DNA from: Rebecca billardiae RCC1528
Taxonomy: Eukaryota; Protista; Haptophyta
DNA: 64,000 bases
Reading direction: 5' to 3'
Assembly (NCBI GenBank): GCA_965240325.2
Contig: OZ251245.1
Span: 186,001-250,000, forward strand
The notes below the pieces were generated by a model. The model was not told where the DNA came from. It ran no database searches and saw only the letters and a list, made by a program, of their open reading frames with translations. This document shows positions 56,347 through 64,000 of the stretch, piece after piece; position 1 is the first letter of the stretch; each line of letters begins with the position of its first letter. Position numbers and translations under genes: made by a program.

Positions 56347-59300
56347 CTACACGCCCTGCCGCCGCGGCTTCAGCTCCCTGACCGCGCCGACGACGAGCGG
56401 CAGCAGCTCGCGCACCTTGTGATTGAAGGTGCGCACGCTCGCCGCCTCGACCATCGCGAGCAGCACCGAGTTGAGCGCCGCGTCGGGCGGGCGCCGGCCG
56501 ACGGCGAGCGTCACGTGGAAGGCGTCGATCGCCGCGACCACCGACTGCGCCTCGGCGGCGTCGCTGACGGCGAGGTGGACGTCAATGTCCTCGAGCCGAC
56601 CGCCGAGCAGCAGCCAGAGAAAGCAGAGGGTCGCCGCCAGGAAGTCGTCGAAGAGGTTGACGCCGGCGAGCAGCACGAGGCGCTCGCACTTGGCGAGGTG
56701 CACGATCGCGTGCTTGGCGTGCTCGAGCGCCGACGCGTTGGGCGAGCACACCGGCGGCAGGTACACCGTGGACGGCTTGCCGGTGGCGGCGGTGCGCGCG
56801 CGCAGCCACTCGCCCAGCGCGCGCGCCTGCTCGCGCGGGTGGTCGAGCACCGACGTGACGACAAACGCCTCCGCCCTCTGCGCGGGCTCGGGCACGAGCG
56901 ACGGCCGCGCCGGGCTGATCGCGTGGCGCTGCGCGTGCAGCCCGAGCGACGCGCGGTCGGCCAGCGCCGACTGGAGCTCCGCCTGGTCGAGCGTGCGCGC
57001 TTCGAGCGTGAGCGCGCGGAAGGAGCCCATCGCGCTCGCGACGAGCTCGCGCGGGTCCGCCGCGCCGGCGAGCGAGCCGTACCCCGCAAACGGCGCGAGC
57101 GCGGTGTCGAGGCCGGTGGAGCCGGCGAGCGCGCCCAGCCACGCCTGCAGCCGCAGCCGGCTGCCCGGCGCGAGCACGACCGCTGTGAGTGCCACGTTGA
57201 GAATCGTGAGCACGGCGAGGACGGCGAGGAACCAGTCGACGAGCGCGCCGGCGCCGAGCGCGTCCGCGCGCGCCCAGTTCACGAACGACGCGACCCGTTG
57301 GAGCATCGCGAGCGCGATGATCACGGCGGTGATCTGCCACGTGTGCTTGAGCAGCCGCGCGGGCACGCGCCAGTTGCGCGCGATCGAGTAGAAGAATGCG
57401 CAGAGGCACACGGCGCGGATCCCGACAGAGAGGCCGAGCCGGCCGGCGAACCAGCCGACCGCGTCGTCGCCCAGGTGGCTGTACTCGGCTGGGGCTGGAC
57501 GGCTACCGGCCAGCGCCTCGAGCATCTGCAGCAGGTTCAGCACCATCACGATCGTGAAGAGCAGCCCGTACGTGAGCGCGAGCGCGCGGATGCGCACGAT
57601 CTCGGCCGGCGTCGGGTGGAGGGCGAGCAGCAGCACAGCGAGCGCGACGTACACGAGCAGGAGCAGCACCTGCTCGTTCAGCGCGACGATCACGCCGGCC
57701 GAGGCGTCCCCGCCGGCGAGCGAGAAGCCGAAGAGGCCGGTCGCGAGCGAGTACGCGAGCAGCAGGAAGAGCAGCAGCAGCGTGATACTCATGATGTACT
57801 TGCCCACGCGCCGGTGCACGCGGCGCGCGTCGGAGAGAGATTGCTCCATGATCGCGCTGAGCTCCGCGTCGCTCATCGGCTGCAGCGTGAGCTGCCCCGC
57901 GTCGGGCGCGGCGGTGAAGCGGCGCGGGTACGGCTGGAACTGGACGCGCTCCGGCATGCCAAAGTCGCGCTTGGCGAGCGCGCGCGCGCGCCGGCTGCTC
58001 GGGCGCGCGCCCCGCGCGGACGCGGGCGGCGCGGCGGGCTCAGACCGCGCGGCGCTGGCGCGCGCCGTGTGCATGACCACCTGATGGAACGTGTCGCTGC
58101 GCGCGCGCCGGGGGCAGCGCGCGGGCGAGGGGGTAGCGCGCGGCGCGGGGCGCGGCGGCGCGAGGCGTGCGCGTGAGTGAGTGCGCAGCGGCGCGCCCGC
58201 GTGCCACGAGGGGTGCGTGTGCCGAGTGGCGGGCCGAGGGCGCGGCATGCCACAGGCGCAGTGCGCGCGCGCGCTCTTGCGCACGCCGCGCAGAGTGCGC
58301 AGCGCGGCGGTGGGCCCCGGCGGGCCCCTGTGCCGCGCGCCCCGGGGCATGCACGCGCGCGCGCGCAACCAAATAATGGGCAGGCATCCGAAAACAAGGA
58401 GCACTTTTCGCCATTCATTTCCCATGATTCAAAAAGCCGTTTTTGTGGACGCGCGCGCGCGCACCGCAGCAGGTTCACGACGTGAGCAATGTCGATGGCG
58501 TGCTCAGCCTCGAGCAGAAGCAGGTGCTCCGTGCCGCCCACCGGCGTGACCGCCGCGCGCGTGAACAGCGCCTCCGTGCTCGGCAGCGCCGCCATCAGCG
58601 TCACCACGTCATGCGGTTTGACGAACCTGCGCATCACCCGGGCGCGCGGGCGCGCGGCAGCGGGCGCGGGCGGCGGGCACGCCGCGCCGAGCCGGTGGCA
58701 GGGGCAGTGCGCGCATGAGCCGCGCGGCCGCGCGCGCGCGGCGCACCGCCCTCGCTCGCTCCCTCGAGCGTCGCTTCCAAAGTGGCCGCGCGCGTGCGCG
58801 TGCGCCTCGCCGCGCGCGCGGAGGAAGGCGGCGGTGCGCGTGCCCGGCGAGGTGCGGCTTGATGTCGTGCGACGCGCCCAGCTGCTCGAGCCGATGCTTC
58901 TTCACGCCGGCCGCGTCCACACCGCAGTACGTCTCGAAGTACCACTGCTTCGTGTACGGCGCGGGCAGCTCGGCAGCGCACAGCCGCTGCCACAGCCCCT
59001 CCAGCCCGAGGAGCTGCGCGTCCGCCAAGTAGCGCATGATCGGGCAGTCGGTGCGGCGGGCGAAGGAACTCGCCAGCTGCGGCGGCACGGGGGCGGCGCG
59101 CGGGCGTCGTGCGCCGGCAGAGGCGGCGGCGCGGGGGCCGGGCGCGAGAGGGGCGCGACACAGGGAGAGCGTCAGCTGGAGCAGCGGGGCGCGGCGCGCG
59201 CGCGCGGGGGACGGACGCTCGGGCGCGCGGACCGCCCGCGCAGCAGTGCTGCACGCGGCAAGCCCGGCCGGGCTGGCTGGCTGACGGCGCGCAACGCGCC

Positions 59301-60075
59301 GTGGCACAGCACCGCAGGGACACTCGGCCACCCCCAGCGCCAGCCCCACCCCACGCGACGCCCGCACCTGCGTGGGCAGCAGCGGCACGCTTTGGCCGGA
59401 CACGACGATCAGCGGCAGCTCGCGCGAGAAGCAGAAGTCGTACACCGCCGCCGCCGCCTCGCGATCGAGCTCGTTCCGCATCGCCGAGTCCGGCGCCCAG
59501 CCGAACCGCGCCGACACGTCCGCTCGGAGGCCACCGCTCGCGGCGACGAGCGCAACCTTCCGCTGCAGCAGCTCGGCGTGCGCGGCGCAGAGCTCGGCGA
59601 GGTCGCGGAAGGAGGCGAGCACGACGACGCGGAGGCTCTTCGAGCGCGCGGCGCGCAGCGTGCGCAGCAGCACCGCGCCGCCGCTCTCGAACGTGTCGCC
59701 CGCTGTCGCGTCGTAGCCCTCGAGGGCGAACTCGTTCTCGCGCGCGCGCTCGGCGCGCGCCGCGGTCGATCCGACGGCGACGGGCACGTTGTCCACGCCG
59801 ACGTGAGCGAGTAGCGCGCGCGCGAGACGCGCACGCGCCCGCACGTCCTCGCCGCCCGAGCAGATCACCGCGCACAGCCTGATCCGGCGGCGCCGGTGCA
59901 GCGTGGCCGCGATCAGCAGGGCCTGCGCCGCGCCCGCGTCGGGCCCAGGCGCGCAGATGAGCACGAAGGGCGGGCGGGTCGCAGCGCCGTCGTTCTTGAG
60001 GAGGGTGTGGGTCCCCGTGGTCTCCACCATCGACGGGTCCGACGCCGGCAGCATCACGTGCGGGGCGGGGGCCAT
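56347..60075 (-). CDS. Nucleoside-hydrolase-like + 6TM + TIR-like fusion protein (~950 aa)
   Basis: Exons 60075-59368, 59076-58844, 58626-58465, 58096-56347 (2853 nt, in frame; second intron GC-AG). Domain motifs are given in the findings. Confidence 0.7.
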
Positions 60076-60964
60076 TTCGCGCGCGGCAACAAGCGCGGGT
60101 GGTCGCAAAACGTGATCGTGATGATTTCAGATTCGCAAAGGCCTGATGATGAATTGATGATGCGCCAGCGGAACGCCCTGTGATTTCTGTGAAGCGGTAC
60201 GCGCGTATTCACCCGCATCATTTTTAGCCAATCACTCCGCGCCCGCGAGCGATCTTTTTTTCAATCTCAGAGGCCCGGCCTGTGTGGAGGCTCACCATTG
60301 GCTGGATGCGGACGCGTCGGTCGCAAGAAGTTGATGCCCCTCTCGAGAATTCAGAGTTCGGAGCGCGGGAAAACCCATTTAGTTTCTTGATTCTACTAGT
60401 ACTATGATCAATGAAAAGGTACAGTGAACATTCCATGTAAAATACGGTGAAGTGCGACGGCTCAAAGAACCTTCAGGAGTGCATTCTGGTGAGCGATTTT
60501 CTTTTTGAACTGATATTACGACTCAAAAAACCACCCGGCACGAACCTTTCGACGGCTCAAAGAACCTTCAGGAGTGGCATCTTGCTCAGGGGCGTTCCCC
60601 GCATCGGTCATACGCCAAATTGAACCGTCTTCCTATTGGAACGGGCTTCGTCCATTTGAAGCGGGTACATTGAATACGAAAAAAGGCAAAGCCCCCCCAG
60701 GGGGGGCTTTGCTTTTCGGGAGCGTGTGGCAGGATCCCGGGAACGCCCTTGCAAACGCACATTCGCGTTTTGGAAAAGTTTGTGCATCCGATATACCCCC
60801 ATATTGTGTGACAATGACTGATGATGACGAAGATTCCATCATGATGACAGAAATCAGAATCCAGTCGACCCGCGAGACGGTCGGGGAGCCGGGCCGGCTG
60901 CGTCAGTGCGTGGGCGGTAGCACTCAGCGGCACGCCCGCTGTGGTGGGCCCCAGCCCTCACCGC

Positions 60965-63769
60965 TCACGCCGGTGCTCCCGCCTCGCTCTCCGCTTTGGC
61001 GGCCTTGGCCGGCGGCGCGCCCGTGCCCGCCGCGTCCGACGGCCGCTTCGCCGCGCCGGACCGGCCCGACGGGTTCGTGCCGGACACCTCCGCCACCACG
61101 ATCCGGATGAGCAGGTCGACGCGGCGCGCGAGCTCCTGCGGCGTGCGCGACTTGAAGATCCAGTCGAAACGAAACTCGGGGTTGCGACGGATCTCGCGCT
61201 TAAGCTCGTCCCACTGCGGCGCCGCGGGCGGCGGGCGCGGCGGCGGGCGCGGCGCGCGCGTGAGCGGCGCGGCGCGGAGCCAGCCCGCCCTGGAAGCAGC
61301 GCGCTGCGGCGCGCAGGCAGCGCATGCGGCCGGCGCCCCCGCGCGGCCGGCTGGCTGAGCGCGCACACACACGCACACGCACACACGCACACGCGCGCAC
61401 ACACGCACACGCGCGCACACACGCACACGCACACACACACGCGCGCACACACAGGCACACGCGCACACACATGCACACACACAGACACGCACGCACACAG
61501 ACACGCGCGCGCACACACACAGACACACGCACACACACACACACACACGCGCGCGCGCACACACGCACACACACACAGACACGCACACACACACGCACAC
61601 ACGCGCGCGCACACACGCGCACACACACAGACACACGCACACACACAGACACACACGCGCGCGCACACGCACACACACACAGACACGCACACACACCTGG
61701 CCGTAGCCCAGCTTGTCTGTCATGCAGAGCAGGAAGCGGTCCTCCTCCTCGTTGAAGATCTTGCCGCGCGCCGACGAGCCGTACTTGATCTGCAGCTGCT
61801 GCCACGGGTTGTCGTACTTTGCGATCTTGGCGCGCAGGGCCTCCTGCATCTCCTCGCGCTGCGCAAGCTTCTTCTCGCCTGCGAGCGCGCGCGGCGCGCG
61901 GTGCGGTGCAGATGGCGCGCGGGCGCGGCGCGTGGGCGCAGCGCCGCGCGAGGCGAGGGCAGTGGCGTGGCCAGCGGGGCAGGGTGAGCGGCGGCGGTGC
62001 GTGCGCGCACGGCCGCGCGCGTGCGCGACCCCAACCGAGGGCCGCCGCGCACGCAGGCTGCCCGCCCTGCGCGCCGCGCGCCGCCCGCGCACACACGAGG
62101 TGCTCACAGCTCGCGAGCGCACCGCCGCGCGCCGGCACCGCCGCGCCGCCCGCGCAGCCGCGCGGCCGCGCAGCGGCCGCGCAGCCTGGCCGCAGAAGTA
62201 GCTGGGCCTGACCGACGCGGGCGGCTGCTGGCACATGCACGTGGCTTATGCCTGAGACACGTGTATTTGCCACCACCCCTGGGGGAGCCAATGACCGCGC
62301 GGCCGCGCAGCGCGCGCACCATCGGCGATGCGCTTCTCAATCTTCTCCCAGTCGGGCAGCATCGTGGGCCCGCGCTCGAACAGCGCGTCGCGGTACGCGC
62401 GCACCTCCTCCAGCGACTTGCCCTCCACCTGCATACCCACAATAAACATGAACATAGAATCGGCATATCATAAATAGCGGGCACAGGCGCGCGCGCGGTC
62501 GCGGGCGCGGGCGCGGCGCGGCGTGAGGCGGAGGGGACAGGGGCGGCGCGGGCGCGCGCGCGCCAACGGCCAAGCCGGAAGGCGCGCGCGCCGGCCGGCC
62601 AGCGCGCGCGCGCTCGCGCGCCGCCGGCCGCGCGTGGGCGCGCCTTGCGCGCGCCAGCCCGCGGCGAGCCGCGCCGCGATGCGCCGCGCGGCGCCGCGCC
62701 AACGCGCCCACGCGCGCCGGCAACGACCACCGCACCTCCTTAGCGATGCGCTCCACGTCTCGCCTGCCAAATCGCTCGGCCGCGCGGCAGAAGCGGTTGA
62801 AGTCGGTGCGGCTCCAGCCGGGGAAGCCCTCGTCGAGCAGCCGGCGGCGCTCCTCCTCCTCCTCCGGCGGCAGCAGCGGCCCCTGCTCCGCCTCCGCCGC
62901 CGCGTCGGCCGCGCTCGCCGAGCCGCCCGCGGCGCGCTTGGCGCGCGCCGTCTCCAGCTCATGTTCGCGCACGAACAGCGCTTGGATGCGCGGCGCGTCG
63001 TAGAGCTGAAAGTCTCGCATCTCGGGCATCTTGCGCATCTTGGGCAGCTTGGGCGCGGCCGCGAGCGCGGAGAGCTGGCCGAAGTTGCGCGGCTCGCGCT
63101 CGTTGTACACGGCGGTGGTGCGCTCGCGCTTCCCCATCGCGTCGTTCATCGCCGCGACGAACTCGAGGTCCGTCGAGCCGCCGCCGCGCTCGCGCGAGTA
63201 GTCGACGCCGTCAAACTGCGTGTACGCAAACTCGGCTGAGGAGAAGTCGAGCATGCCCTTCTTGTCCTTGTCGGTGAGCTTGGAGCGCTCGGAGGTGAGG
63301 TCCTTGCCGCGCGAGAGGATCGCCTCGATGTCCTCGTCCGTCACCGCGTGGTCGGACGCCTTGAAGATCTTGTCCGCGCCGTACCGGATGGCGTGCAGCG
63401 CGTCCTCCTTGGTCATCGCCTGAGGCCCCCCCAAAAAAATAAATAAATGGAAAGAAAAAGCCCAAACAAGAATCATGAAAGGGCGCGGGCGTGGGGCGCG
63501 TGCTGCGCGTGAGCGGGCGCGCGCGCGGCGGAGCGCGCACGCGCACGGGCCGTCGGCGCACGCGCCGTCCAAGGTGCGCGCGTGCGTGCGCGCGCCTTGG
63601 ATTTGTCCGCGAGCCTGCCCGACTGGATCACGGCCGCGTCCATTCGCAGCTTGAGCTCGGCGCGCTCGATCATCTTCTCCTCGATCGAGTCGGCGACCAT
63701 CAGCCGGTACACGTTGACCTGCCGCTTCTGCCCGATGCGGTGCGCGCGGTCCTGCGCCTGCAGGTCGGC
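60965..63769 (-). CDS. ISWI: ISWI chromatin-remodelling ATPase, 3' part (continues beyond the window)
   Basis: Exons 63769-63596, 63419-62736, 62428-62320, 61878-61697, 61213-60965. [13 protein letters not shown] (helicase motif VI); [19 protein letters not shown]; [30 protein letters not shown]. Confidence 0.96.
61362..61696. repeat. Compound (CA)/(CG) intronic microsatellite
   Basis: CACACG/CACAGA-type repeats in ISWI intron 61214-61696. Confidence 0.9.
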
Positions 63770-64000
63770 CTGTGTGTGCGCGCGCGCGCGCGGCGGAGGG
63801 GCGGAGGAGGAGGGCGCGGCGTGCGCGGGTGTGGGCGGGGCGGCGGCGAAGGCGGGCGCGGCGCGCGGCGCGGCGAGGCGCGGCGCGCCGGCCAGTGCGG
63901 CCCGCGCGCGCGGCCGAGCCGGCAAGCTCGGCATGCCCACGGCACGCACGTCACGCACGGCACGCACGGCGCGGCACGGCACGCCTCGCACGGCGCGGCA

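Noticed and set aside
60455-60576. CRISPR-like repeat-spacer-repeat
   Set aside because: Only two repeats, a 68-bp spacer, no cas genes, and a eukaryotic context.
1-64000. Hundreds of overlapping or antisense Arg/Ala/Pro-rich ORFs and stop-free introns
   Set aside because: Expected from stop-codon scarcity at very high GC. They have no domain motifs and are not evidence of overlapping genes or regulated intron retention.

Overview
Eukaryotic nuclear DNA with very high GC in genes and short GC-rich spliceosomal introns (mostly GTGCGC/GTACGC..CAG, two GC-AG). It looks like a haptophyte alga, possibly Pavlovales (inference, not database-checked). I can support about 19 genes: a partial ARM-like protein, two tandem near-identical SLC4 bicarbonate transporters, an ET+IQ giant protein, a patatin, an AMPK/SNF1 beta subunit, a SET protein, a sulfotransferase, a PH-SLC43 fusion, a type II methyltransferase, DUF1118, an F-box/Cys-rich protein, a GT-A-like enzyme, ribosomal L9, a chalcone-isomerase-like protein, a nucleoside-hydrolase/6TM/TIR-like fusion, a partial ISWI and two hypotheticals. 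Mobile DNA comprises an intact 2000-bp non-autonomous LTR element between the SLC4 copies, an 8-kb nest of five TIR elements (30.6-38.8 kb) and a TA-flanked MITE. The best candidate for an undescribed system is the spliced NH-6TM-TIR-like membrane protein (56347-60075), which no single ORF in the track reveals. Domain calls come from motif recognition by eye and need HMM confirmation.
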